Assembly (NCBI RefSeq): GCF_030144855.1
Contig: NC_082710.1
Location: 171,802,001-171,866,000 of the forward strand
Length of the DNA: 64,000 nt
Direction of reading: 5' to 3'
From: Hypanus sabinus
Lineage: Eukaryota
The notes below the pieces were generated by a model. That model saw nothing but the letters and a program-made list of their open reading frames with translations. It was not told the DNA's origin and ran no database searches. Position numbers and translations under genes: made by a program. Positions 11,931-24,715 of the stretch are shown in pieces (within the stretch, counting starts at the first letter, position 1; every line of letters begins with the position of its first letter).

Positions 11931-13589
11931 ATTAGGAAATACAGGTTTTCAGTCTATCTCTTTCGGCCATCTCATAGTTGCATACATATCAGTAAAATTT
12001 CTCAGCTGTACCTAAAATGAGAGCATACACCGGCAAACTGGAATTTCCCCTCATAATTAACACTTGACAGCGTTGCCACCATATTTGGTAGGTAGCAGAT
12101 ATGGAATGGAAAAAAGTGTCGACATTTTGAGCCGAGACCCTTGATTAGGACTGGAAGCAAGAGGAAAGATCAGAATAATAAGGTATGTAATGAGGTGGAG
12201 AATAAGCTATAAATTGATAGGTGAAGCCAGCTGAGAGGGATGATAAGTGGGTGGGGGAGTGGGGACCTGAAGTAAGAAGTGCAAGATGAAAGATGGAAGC
12301 GGTGAAGTCCGAGGGACACGGAACCTCTCAGAGGAGGCTGGTGAACCATCGAAGAATGGGAATCAGGAGGTGCACCAGAGGTGGGCAGAGTATGTTAGGG
12401 CAGTTGAGTGGGCTATGGAAGGATGGGAATGAAGACGGGCAGAAGAGGGAGATGCTAGGCAGGCGAGGAATTGTAATTGTAATCAATTTTGTTCCATGCT
12501 TCTTCCATTTGTTGCTGAATTAATTTACGTATTTTATTTTGTCAGCTAATAATACTGAAACTTTCTTGTGTGTTTGAACAAACACATCGAACAACTGGAA
12601 ACTAGGAAGAACTAATACTTTGCTGAAGCTGTATTAGCAAGACATCAATACATTGCATATGCTTACAAAATCGATTTGCGATGCCTGTTGATAATAGAGG
12701 AATTCGTTAAAGGGTGAAATAATTAAAAATCAACACCGTGTTTAGAGTTTAGTAATTCCTGGTCTCATCAGAATGTACTTGTATTATATAAGTTTCAGTA
12801 GCCTTGAAAGTGACTTTGAATGGAATGGTTACTATTACTTTCTTCTCGAGCTGTTTCCACATACTGCTGAAAGGCTTAAACTGGTAAATACAAGCAGAAC
12901 ATACTGGAAACACCAGACAGAATCAATGATCTGAGAAAATTTCAATCTTTGGTCTCCGGAAGTCTTCAGAGCATCTCCCACTTAAACAGTTTCTAGGGTT
13001 TTTTTTAATATACAGTTTAACTCACGCTTTGCTGTTGTTATCGACATTTGCAACACCTGCATTTATTTTACTTTTGTTCTGGAAATGTGAACTCGCCCTC
13101 TACTGATGCTGCCTGACCAGCTGGGTCTTTGCAGCTTTTATGTTTTTCTGCTTCTGAGGCACATCACTCCAACTGAAGCATAGGCTCTGACAGCAGCTCA
13201 CCAGAGTCCTCTGTTCTGACAATTCTTTCAAATTTGTCCACAGGTTTAGCCCACCGAAGATCTTTGCTTTCCTGGAATGAGGTCTTTGGAGTTTCTGTTG
13301 GCATAGAACTGCGTTTCGGCAACATTCTCAACACTTCTCCTTTCGCTGCAGGGCTTGGGCCCGTCCATGAAGGAGTTACGCTTTTTTCTTTAAATTACAT
13401 AGCATATTGTGGGCTATTACTGTGATCTCTGAAATATTAGAACTGTAGATTATGGGGCTTAGCTTAAAGGTGAACACATTAAATATTTCCATTACATGCA
13501 CCGGGCTTTTAAGTTGCTAGCAATGGCATTAAGTGAAATATTGTTCATTCTTGATTGAAGTAAAGGTTTATAAGAAATACAACTTCTAT

Positions 13590-13800
13590 ACAAAGCTGAC
13601 GCCCACAAAATGCTGGAGGAAATTATCAGGTCAAGCAGCATAAATGGCGAAGAATACAATGACGTCTTTCGGTCTGATATTCTTCATTGGGCAGTCATCT
13701 TTATTCCTCTCCATAGATGATGCCTGCACTGCTGACTTCCTCCCGCATTTTCTTTGTGTTACTCTGGATGTCCAGCAGCTGCAGAATTTCTCACCGTCTA
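13590..13800. mobile_element. Short Penelope-tail/SINE-like repeat
   Basis: cacaaaatgctggagga...caggtcaagcagcat head and gatgatgcctgcactgctgacttcctcccgcattttct end; similar pieces at about 13090-13150, 29280-29320 and 36300-36365. Confidence 0.5.
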
Positions 13801-14051
13801 GTAAAACGAACTCCGATTGACAATTATCCTCATTTATTACTTGGATTAGAAAATGGACCATTAGTCATTTAAAGTGCGCGTTAGTCACAACATCAATGTT
13901 ACGACATCAGAAGAGACATTATATTTCATAGTTCCTTCATAGCATTTTAGTTTTTGTGGGTGGCATACAAGATTTAGTTTATCTTCGACACTTCAATAAA
14001 TTCAGAACACGTTTTGCGGGGGCCCTGATTAAAGTGTTATCTGATATCCAT

Positions 14052-15205
14052 ACCGCACAATACATAGAAGCACAGAAAACCTACAGCAGAATACATGCCT
14101 TTTGGCCCACAATGCTGTGCCAAACATGTGCTTACTTTAGAAATTACCTCTGGTTATTCTTAAAAGACCTTATTGTATCCTTATCATTATCGTCGGCAGC
14201 TCATTCCACACACTCACCATTTTCTGCATAAAAAAACGCACCTCTGACATCTCCTCTGTACCTTAAAACTCTGCCTTTTCGTGCTAGCCATTTCAGACCT
14301 GGGAAAAGCCTCTCACTATCCACACGGTCAATGCCTCTCATCATCTTATACACCTCAATCCAGGTCACGTCTCCAATTCCGTCGCTCCAAGGAGAAAAGA
14401 CCGAATTCGCTCAACTTATTCTCATAAGGCTTGCGCCCCAATCCAGGTAACATCCTTGTAAATCTCCTCTGCACCCTTTCTATGGTTTCCACATCCTTCC
14501 TGTAGTTGAGGCGACCAGAACTGAACACAGTACTCCAAGTGGGGCGTGACCAGGGTCCCATATAACTGCAATATTACCTCTCGGCTCTTAAACTCAATCG
14601 CCCAGTTGATGAAGGCAAATGCACCATATGCCTTCTTAACGACAGAATCCACCTGCGTAGCAGCTTTGCGTGTCCTATGGACTCGGACCCCAAGATCCGT
14701 CTGATCCTCCACACTGCCAAACGTCTTATCAGTAATGCCATATTATGCCATTATATTTGGCCAAGCAAAATGAACCACCTCAGACGTACCTGGGATGAAC
14801 TCCATCTGCCACTTCTCAGCCCAGTTTTGCAACCCATCGATGTCCTGCTGTAAACTCTGACAGTCCTCCACACTATCCACAACACCCCTAACTTTTGTGT
14901 CATCAGCAAATTTGCTAACCTATCCCGCCACTTCCTACTCTAGGTCATTTATAAAAATCACGAAGTCTACAGGTCCCAGAACAGATCTCTGAGGCACACC
15001 ATTGGTCACCGACCTCAATGCATAATATGACCCGTCTACAGCCACTCTTTTCCTTTTGTGGGCAAGCCAGGTCTGGATCCACAAAGCAAGGACCCCTTGG
15101 ATCCTATGCTTCCTTAATTTCTCAACAAGCATTGCATGAATTCCCTTATCAAATGACTAGCTGAAATCCATATACACTACATCTACTTCTCTATCTTCAT
15201 CAAAG
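14052..15205 (-). mobile_element. CR1 LINE 3' fragment (RT C-terminus and tail), degraded
   Basis: Minus ORFs with GVPQRSVLGP..FVIFINDL, HLEYCVQFWSP, IERVQRRFTRMLPG. Confidence 0.9.
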
Positions 15206-15994
15206 TGTTTCACACAATGAGCTTGAAAAGTTTTTTTTATTAAATCTCACACTGTTAAAATCTCCGAAAGTGGGTTTGGAACTGTAAGGCAGGAGTGCAG
15301 AATTCCGTCCCAACTTGTGCATCTGCAGAATACTTTTTAATTCTTAATATTGTTGTGCTAATACCATTTATGCGTTATATGATATATGTACTGTGTGGTT
15401 TTTTTTTTTACCATGGTTCCAGAGGAACGTTGCTTTGTTTAGAAGTATACATGTACAAAATTGGTTAACAATAAATTTGAATTTGAACTTGAAAAACGGC
15501 ACCATGGAAATATAAGCGAGACCTATAAAATACTAGTTGGTTCATGACTCGAAAATTATGAATCAGCACCCAAGACAACGCTACATGCAACAGCTTACAA
15601 AACCACCAGATGACCAGGCAAACCCAAAGAACAAATACCTGCACCAACAACCTTTAATATAATCTTGTTTCCCGAATTGAGAATCATATTTGCGACTGGA
15701 ATAATCTTGGAGATACATTTGCTGAAACTGATGACTATGATATGAGACTGGAGATAAAATGATAACAGCTTAAATGTAGTTTTACACAGCAAAGTAACTG
15801 AGAGCTGGAAAGTATGGAACCAGGGGTTCAGATATGCCGTTTAAAATGGTAAATACGACATATTTTACTCAGAGATACAAATGGTATTAGGCCCTTAGGG
15901 CTCAATGATTTGCCCAACTACAGGAATCCTTCCATAAAGTTCGTTTCCTTCCTGATTCCCCAATGTTCATATCCTGCCGGTTCAACAAACTTAT

Positions 15995-16062
15995 GGGCAG
16001 CATGGTTGCATAGCGGTTAGCATAATGCTATTGCAGCATCAGCGACACGGATGTGATTCCAG
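15995..16062 (+). mobile_element. tRNA-derived SINE head, truncated where the LTR begins
   Basis: gggcagcatggttgcatagcggttagcataatgctattgcagc: A-box-like SINE 5' end. Confidence 0.55.
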
Positions 16063-16766
16063 TGTTTCATTCCCCGTGCGTATCTTGTGATTGTCTGATG
16101 ACCATGATGCAATTGACTGTGTTGTGAGCATGATGTAATTGTCTTGTAATGGTGGGGTGATGTAATTTTCCGGCCAGTGTGAGGTCACGTGATGACATGT
16201 TGCAGCAGTTATATAAGGGGAAACCCTATTGTCACGCGGTTAATTTGGTAGTTAGTTCGTTAGTTTTGCAGCGTATTCGCCTCATGACGCAGTTTCGTTT
16301 TAAAGTGGAGTTTTACTTTCTATTGTAAGGTGCAAAACCGTCGCTGCCAGTTTTAGTTTGTTGGACCTTTGTTTTATCTCTACCGTCTAGTATTGGAGAG
16401 TGAAGACCTTACCAAAGTACTTGAACCCGAAAGATTGAGTGAAGTTGGTGTCGTTCGGCGGTTTCATAAAGGATCGACCTTATTGAATCTTCGTTCAGGA
16501 ATAGTGGCCTGCATATGAGATAATCACTTCAAGATCAGGAAAGCTTGTGCAGCGTTCCCCCTCCAACAAAAAAGTTAGTTCCTTTAAGCCACTTTATTTC
16601 CTTTGTCGTTAATCCTTTGGACAAGGCATCTCTCGGCTCGGATCAGCAGTAACGTCACGTCTTCGAAGAAATCAGTTTTCAAGGAAGCTCTCCTTACTGA
16701 CTATATAAATGACTTGGAAATTAGAACTTACCACTTTAAGGCTGTGTTCAAATTTACCACTTTAAG

Positions 16767-18200
16767 ATGATTCATCTGAAACTCATTTTAAACCCAACAT
16801 TTTTTTCTGCCAGGTTAACAAACGCAACAATTCTGGAAAATATGGATGAGAAATTAGCTCATTTACAGCCGGAACAGAGGCAGCAGATGAAGTCGTTACT
16901 TTTCAAATATAGGCATTTATTTCCAGACGTTCCTAAAAGAACCACAGTTGTTTCAGATGATGTAGGTGTTAGAGAAGCGAAACCAATAAAGCAACATCCA
17001 TGTCGGATGACCATGGAAAAATGTGAACGTGCTGAACAAGAAATTAAATATATATTAGACAATAATATTAATAGACCTTCTAATTCGCATTATGATACCT
17101 AAGCCAGACGGTAGTATTCGGTTTTGTTCTGATTACGGGAAGGTGAATGCTGTAACAAGAACAGATGTGTATCCAATCCCTAGCATGGATGATTGTGTGG
17201 ACAAAGTTGTAAAAGCAAAGTTCCTTCCAAAAATTGATTCGGTAAAAAGGTTTTGACGGACAGAGGTAGAGAGATTTCTGCATTTGTAACCCTACCTTGG
17301 TTATATGAATACAATGTTCTTCCCTTTGGGATAAAATGCACCAGTACTATCCGGTGGATGATTAATTCTGTGATTCATGTGTTAAAAGATACAGATGCCT
17401 ATATTCTGGATTTAGTTACAGGAAATGATACTGTGGAATCACATATTACGGTGGTGGAGAAACTATTTGAAAGGCTTTCAAAAGGTAAATTAACCATTAA
17501 CTTGACGAAAAATGAATTTGGTCATGCCACTCTGACCTACCTTGGTTATATAGTGGGTCAAGGTAAATTAGCTCCTGTTCAGGCAAAGGTTCAGGAAATT
17601 TTAGAGGCACCCATTCCAACTGGTAAAAAGACTCTCAGAAGATTCCTGGGAAAGGTAGGATATTATCAAAAATGTTGTAAGAACTTTGCTGACATTGCCC
17701 TTCCATTAAATAACCGCTTGAAGAAGGGCGAAAAGTTTATGTGGACAGTGCTTTGTTGGGAGGCATTTGATAATTTGAAAACGATGCTATGTCCTCAACA
17801 TGCGCTCAGGTCACCTGACTTTGAAAAACCATTTTCATTAGCTTTAGATGCTAATGATGAGGTTGCTGGTTCAAAGGGATGAGGGTGATGAGGTTGATCA
17901 TCCAGTAGCTTACTTTTCTAAGAAATTTTATGAGCTTCAAATAAACTATTCAACTATAGAAAAGGAATTATTATCCCTGGTCTTGGCTTTACAACATTTT
18001 GATGTGTATGTTGGTACAACTCAGAAACCACTCGTAGTTTACACAGATCATAATCCGTTTGTGTTTTTGAGTAAGATGAAAAACAGAAATAGAACATTAA
18101 TGAATTGGAGTTTGATGTTACAGGAGTATAGTAACTCGATAACTCATATTAAAGGCAAAGGTAATGTGATTGATGACTGTCTATCTAGATGTTTAATGGA
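16767..18200 (+). pseudogene. Gypsy RT-RNase H, degenerate
   Basis: PIKQHPCRM, YEYNVLPFG, LRRFLGKVGYY, PVAYFSKK, YSTIEKELL, VYTDHNPF, HIKGKGNVIDDCLSR. Confidence 0.9.
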
Positions 18201-18401
18201 CAATGTAATTTTTTTCCATCGGAGTGGTATTTTAACATTTGTAACATTCCAACTGTCTATTAGTTTGTAAGGTGCTGTATGATAATACTGTGTATATTGC
18301 GAATGTTGTAGATTTTATCCATTTTGTATCTTTTTTTGTAAATAGTTAGTTGTTAAAATTTTGCTCATAACATACCAAAATTTTCCCTTTTTCGCGGGAG
18401 T

Positions 18402-18809
18402 TGTTACATACCCCGTGGGTACCTTCTAACTGTCTTATGACCATGATGTAATTGAGTATCTTGTGTGAATGATGTAATTGTCTTGTGATGGTGGGGTGAT
18501 GTAATTTTCCGGCCATTGTGAGGTCACGTGATGGCATGTTCCAACAGTGATATAGTGACTGTATAAATTACTTGGACTTCAGAATTTACCACTTTAAGAC
18601 TATGTTCGAATTTACTATTTTAAAACTATTCCAGAGTTTGGCTGTTTGTTAAATTGCTGTATAGCAGTTAAGTTCCGGTTAAGTTAGTCGTTTGTTTACT
18701 TTTCATTTTTGTTGAGCAGAGTTTAATAAATGATTATGTTTGATTATAAAACCTGACTCAATTCTATATTCATTTTTGCCCACCACGTAACAGAAATTGG
18801 GGGCTCGTC
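18402..18809 (+). mobile_element. LTR (18402-18792) followed by a tRNA-Pro-type PBS
   Basis: TGTTACA...CGTAACA; AATAAA inside; TGGGGGCTCGTC at 18798-18809; short GCGGGAG tract just upstream. Confidence 0.85.
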
Positions 18810-18920
18810 TGCGATTTGTTCTTAATTTGAGTTTAAGTGCATGCTTTATTATCAATCTGATTTGGAAAAGGGAAATACTCGATTCTTTTGTTTGATTGGT
18901 CTGTGAGTGGTATTCGGCAG

Positions 18921-21540
18921 CAATGAATTTTGACAACTTTATGGTATCGCCAGACCTGGCAGTATTACTGAAGGCGAGAAAGGGTGATGTATCCGAGATT
19001 GCTGGAAGGTTAGACCTTAATGGAATTTGGAAGGTTACAACATAGCCAGTAATTCAGAGAAAAATCGCGGCACATTATATAACCGGGTGATTTTGATGAA
19101 GAAGTGTTAGATTCGTTTCAAATAAGTAAACTGGGAATGCAGTTTCAAATACAACAAATAAACTTAGAGCAATTTAAAGCGGAAGTGGCGGCAAGAGACG
19201 CAAATAAACAGAGGGAGTTTGAGCTAGAGATGTAGAAATTAAAGTCCGAGAGTAGGGCGCCTGGTTCTAGGAAACCGTTTGTTGTTAGTCAGTAAATTAA
19301 ATTGGTTCCTCAATTTAATGAGGCAGAAGTAAATAAATATTTTCAGAATTTTGAAACATTGCTCTGATTTCAGTGTGGCGAGCGCTGTTATCAAGTGTGA
19401 TTAAAGATAAAACACAACCAGTTTATACAACTTTAACTGCTGAGCAAGCACTTGATTATGATATTGTGAAGCAGCAGATACTGAAAACGTATGAACTGGT
19501 TCCGAAAGCTTATAGAGAAAGATACAGAAATTTGAAGAAATCCGTGGACAAAACTTACGTGGAATTTGCCTACGATAAATCTGTGTGTTTTGAGCGATGT
19601 GTTTCCTCTAAAAATGTGAATGGGGAGTATGATAACTTAAAAGACTTGATTATAATGGAGGAATATAAAAGGTAAGATTTTACATTTTATATTATAAAAG
19701 GTAAGATGTTGATGTAAGAAAGTGCTTAAATGAGAGGGAAACTGCTACATTGAAGGAGTCTGCTAAGTTAGCAGATGAGTATGCTTTAATCCATAAGAGG
19801 AAATTTCCTCCGGGTAGAACTTCTAAAAGGAAAAATAGCACAGACAGTCAAGGTAAACCAGAAATTAAATCAGAAGTTTGTGAGAAAGATAAGTATGAAG
19901 GGAAACAAGTGAAGGAAAGACACTTAAGTCTTAATTGCAATTATTGTAAGAAACCTGGTCACGTAATAGCTAACTGTTTCCGTCTGAGGAAGAAGAAGAA
20001 GGAGGCAGTTTGTTTATGTGTAACATATTGAAAAACCTGTAAATCCACACAGTTCGAGAAATACAAATGAAACTTGTCAGAGTCTGACCAAGTAAAGACA
20101 GGATAATTTTATAAACGATGGATTTGTATCCTTGAAAGAGGGATCCACTCTGGTGCCAATAAAAATACTTAGGGGTACTGGATCTTCTCAGTCACGTATA
20201 TTAGACATTGTTCTAAAGTTTAGTAATGAGTCTGACACTAGTGAGGTAAACTATATACGAGGTGTTGGGAGTGCCCTTATGCTTGTATATTTGCAGAGAG
20301 TAAATGTAAGTTCAAGGTTAGTTACAGAACCTGTAAAAGTAGGACTACAACCCAGTTTACCCGTGAATTATGTTTATCTATTGTTGGGAATGACTTAGCA
20401 GATGAACAAGTTTTTCCTGAAGTACATTTGACGATTAAGCCCATCTCTGATGAACCAAAGATAGATTCTAACAAGTATTCCTCTTATGTTGTAACCCGAG
20501 CTATGGCCAAAATGATTGCTGCGGTGAATGGGTCTGTGCAGGATGAGGCTGCTACCTATAGCCGTTCAACTCGCAATGCAAATTTTGAGGATGTGCCAGA
20601 AACTTTCTTACCTTCAATGTTTGATCAAAACTCTTGCAGTAAGCCTGACCATGAAGATTTGTCTCTGACTCCGAAGGAGATGATAGCAGAGCAGAGTAGA
20701 GATTATTAAATTAAAAGAACAAGCTCTTACAGATAGTGAAATTGAGAAGGTGCCAGTAGGATATTATTTTAAGTGCGGAGTGTTAATGAGGAAGTGGAGA
20801 TCACCTACAATTCCTGCAAGTGAGGAATGGGAAGCTGTTCACCAGGGTGTAGTTCCTAAAGTTTATCGGAAAAAGATTTTACCTTTGGCTCATAGTATGC
20901 CCTTGGATGGACATCAGTGTGTGAAGAAAACTGTGAACAAGGTTTTTAAACATTTTTACAGGCCTGGTTTAAGAAAAGATGTGGCGACATTTTGCCGAAA
21001 TTGTCATACTTGTCATATTGTGGGTAAACCTAATCAAGTTACTCCAGTGGCCCCATTGCAACCTATTCATGCAATTGGTGAACCTTTTTCCAAAATTACT
21101 GTAGATTGTGTGGGCCCATTGCCAGAAATTAAAACTGGCCATCAATACTTGTTGACCATCATGTGCACTGCGTCTAGGTTTCCAGAGGCAAAACCACTCA
21201 GGAATATAACACATAAAACTGTTATAAAGGCTCTGATCAAATTCTTTACTTAGTTTGGGTTGCCTAAGGAAATGCAATCTGATCAAGGTAGTAATTTAAT
21301 GTCTGGATTGTTCCAGCAGATAGTTTATAAACTGCGAGCCAAGCAGATCAGCTCTTCCGCATACCATCCAGAATCGAAAGGTACCTTGGGGAGGTTTCAT
21401 TCTACCCTCAAAACCATGATTAGGAGCTATTGTGCGGAAAATGAACAGGATTGGGATGAGAATGTATATTTACTTTTATTTGCAATACGGGAGTCAGTAC
21501 AGGATTCCATAGGTTTTAACCCTTTTGCACTGGGAGCTTA
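18921..21540 (+). pseudogene. Gmr1 gag (SCAN-ancestor-like, Zn knuckle), protease and integrase, degenerate
   Basis: YDIVKQQILKTYELVPKAYRERYR; CNYCKKPGHVIANC; ILRGTGSSQS (decayed DTG); H..HSMPLDGH...CRNCHTC; VDCVGPLP; QSDQGSN; SAYHPESKG. Confidence 0.85.
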
Positions 21541-21725
21541 ATGGATGATTCATCCGAAACTCATTTGAAACCCAACATTATTTCTGCCAGATTACCAAAC
21601 TCAAGAATTCTGGAAAATATTGATAAGAAATTAGCTCATTTACAGCCAGAGCAGAGGCAGCAGATGCAACAGTTACTTTTGAAATATAGGGATTTATTTC
21701 CAGACGTTCCTAAATTAACGACAAT

Positions 21726-22690
21726 TGTCATGGTCCTTTCTGGCACCTGGCTATCTTCATCGGCAATTGCCTCTAACACCTCGTTTCGTTCCCAATCATT
21801 CCAAGGTTCCACTACTACAAACAGCTGCTTTCCATCAGCAAATACAGTATAAAATCCCGTGACCACAACAAGGAGCCGCCAGTTCGTTGGTCGACTCGTG
21901 TACGAGTAACCTTGTTCCATGGTTCTTAGGACGATCAGTTTTAAGTCTAGCATCGTTCTTGAATTCTCTACTAAAACCAAGACTCTGGGTAAAGATTCCC
22001 TTGGCACCCATTCCACGCTCGCGATGACCGTAACGCCTCCCGATTCGGCCTCCGCGCCCGTGTTCAGCACTTGGGTTCCTTCCACTGCCACGTCCTTGTA
22101 ACAGAACGAATTGGCCACGATGAACCTGGTCGACACGGATCCCGTACAACAGATCCTGCCTAACCAGGGTCATCTATTGGGCGCCAACTACTTCGGGAGA
22201 TCACGGAAACCTCCGGACACGAACCACGGATGTGCACAACGTCAGTGAACAAGCGGACCGGGTCTCCACTTCCTTTTATCCATCTGCTCCAAGAACCCCG
22301 GTTACCCAAACCGCACCGCTCGGGATGGCTTCGCCACCGGAATCAGCAACCCCATCTCCTCGAGAGCCGTATGTACCCGAGCCTGAACCTGGGCCGTGGA
22401 CCTAGGTAGGTGCCAGGCCTTCCTTTTACAATGCTCCCTATTCTTTGAGCTGCAGCCGCGTACCTACACTTCCAATAAATCAAAGATTGCGTGCATCATG
22501 GGGCTGCTACGAGGGGAATGCCTTGGCCTGGGCAACTGCGATATGGGGTAACTGACCAGAGGTTTGTTCCTCCCACACCTCCTTTGTCGCTGAAATGAGG
22601 AAGATCTTCGAACAATCCATTCGCGGTAAGGACGCCGCAAGACGGCTGCTTACTCTTCGCCAGGTATTCCATTGAGTTCCGGACCTAGCT
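21726..22690 (+). mobile_element. Sushi-like (Ty3/Gypsy) 5' LTR (21726-22103) plus truncated gag, inserted into the Gmr1 RT
   Basis: TGTCATG...TGTAACA, then gaacgaattggcc and gag atgaacctggtcgac...; gag motif LQCSLFFELQPRTYTSNKSK. Confidence 0.8.
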
Positions 22691-23289
22691 GTTCGATTAG
22701 ATTATCGACTTCAGGAGCTTCAGAGAGAGAGAAAACCAGTCACCGCACTCCTCGGGGAAGCCCACAGTCTCGCCAGCCTCCCTTCCCCAGCCGCTCCCTT
22801 TTTAACTTCAGTTCAGCTCAGTTCCAGATATTAAGGAAGTTGAAGCTAATAAAACACTACTCATACATGGAATGGTAGCATTACATTTGCTTGTGCATTT
22901 GGCAAATTAGTTGATCTGCGGGACGTATAGATGATTATGATTAATCGAATTTTTAATAATTTTAGCTCAACTGATTTTCTCTCTGTAATGTACAGTTGGT
23001 TTTGTCATTTTTAATAGGCTCTTGTCACTTACAATATCCCCATGCCACTGTTCTGACAATAACTGACTGCTCCAAGTAAATGAAACAACTTAGGTTTTCT
23101 TATCAGCTCCTGTGTCCTTTCTAAGTACTTGAATTGTTCCAGAAATGTTGTGCTGAGAAGCAATATATGGGAATAACTAAAAATTAATATTTTAAAAATT
23201 ATAATAATAAAACAAATTCAAAATTAATATAACATGAACCTACATGTTTTGATTCAGTTGCCGTTGTACCGCGAATTGACCTGAGACTA

Positions 23290-23690
23290 AAGCTACAAAA
23301 TGATATCGTGGAAGACCTGATTGAGAGTTTCTGCCAGATAACAAGACAGGTATACAAGGTGATAGGAAACATCGATTGAGAGGACAGTCAGAGACTTTGC
23401 CCCAGAGGGAAATGGTGAATACGAGGGGGATATATTTAAGATGATTGGAGTAACGTTGAGGGGAAATGTTCGAATTAGCTTTTCTACACAGAGTGATTCG
23501 TGAGTGAAACGCACTTCCTGGTGCGGTTGTTGAGGCAGAAACATTAGGGGAATTTAAAAGACTCCTAGACACACTGATGATAGCAAATTGGAGGGTTAAG
23601 TGGGAGGGAATCATTAGATAGATCTTAGAGTAGGTTAAATTTGGCACAGCTCGTGCGCTGACAGACCTATACTATGCTGAGGTTTTCAAT
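23290..23690 (+). mobile_element. CR1 3' tail fragment
   Basis: Typical CR1 tail, including ttttctacacagagtg...gaa...cttcctggtgcggttgttgaggcag. Confidence 0.7.
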
Positions 23691-24039
23691 GTACTATGCA
23701 ATTATTCGTCAGAAAATACACGATGAAGCTGGAAGTACTTTATGATTGGATTGCTCGATACTTCATAAGCTACCATAAGCTGACGTATTAAAAGTAAAAA
23801 AAAAATATACACTCAGTGTCTACTGTTATCAGGAACACATTTACACATCGTTATTGAAATATCTAATCCTGAGGCAGCATATTAATGCCGAAAAGAATGC
23901 GGACGTGACCAAATAGTACAATTGTTGTTTAGACCGGACATCAGAATGGGGACTAAATGTGGTATAAGCGACTTTTTGGTTAATTCCAATAACTAAAGAA
24001 AAAAATATGCAGCACAACCACAAAAACCACAACCATAGC

Positions 24040-24650
24040 AAAATCAAATTAAATATTGAGCAGTAAAAGAGAGAAAAATATTAAGGTAAAAAGTAAACAT
24101 ACACAGCAGAGGTGCACGACACAAATAAACCTCTGTCCTCACCCTGTAAGAAAGTCCAATACAGGGCCCCATATCCGTTCAAAGATGTCCCCTCAGTCCC
24201 CATTACATAGTCTCCGTCTCTCCAAATGTAAAGTGTTTGCCAGTTCTCTCAGCCACAGATCATACCTAGGCACTGAGTCCATTTTCCACATAAGCAGGGT
24301 TAACTTCTTAGCAATCACTATCCCAAACAATACAGCCACTTTTTCATACATATTGGTTGAGGATAAGGAGATCATCCTAGGATGGCTATGAGCGGGTCTG
24401 GTTCCTATCGTTTCCCAAAAGCCTCAACGAAACAGTGAAAACTACTTTTCCAGTATGCACAAAGCTTACTATGTGACCAGAACGAATACGACAAGTTACT
24501 GTTCACAGATTTACATCTTTTACAAACTGGCGGAAAAAAACCCAGATGAACTTTTGCAAGTGATTGGGAGAAACAAAGTTGAGCAGGTTAAACGCAATAT
24601 TGAGTTTTGGAAAACACTTCAAATTACTTTGGTGGGAGGATTAACGCAAT
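24040..24650 (-). mobile_element. L1-clade ORF2 C-terminal fragment
   Basis: Minus strand PVCKRCK...SFW..SKLCAYWK and FGIVIAKKLTLLMWK...WLRELANTLHLE. Confidence 0.75.
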
Positions 24651-24715
24651 CAAGATGATTGTACTGCCGGGATTTCTTCATCTTTTCCAGTCAATTCCAT
24701 GTTTTCGTTGCAATT

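Larger units (their letters stand above)
16063..21725 (+). mobile_element. Gmr1-like Gypsy LTR retrotransposon complex: LTR-RT-RH-PPT-LTR-PBS-gag-PR-IN-RT(start)
   Basis: Related LTRs at 16063-16766 and 18402-18792; integrase (20750-21540) precedes the RT N-terminal region (21541-21725), the Gmr1 order; many stops and frameshifts. Confidence 0.85.

Noticed and set aside
13200-13428. Minus-strand exon-like open stretch ending in a GTGAGC donor
   Set aside because: In-frame stop soon after the only good acceptor; no partner exons found.
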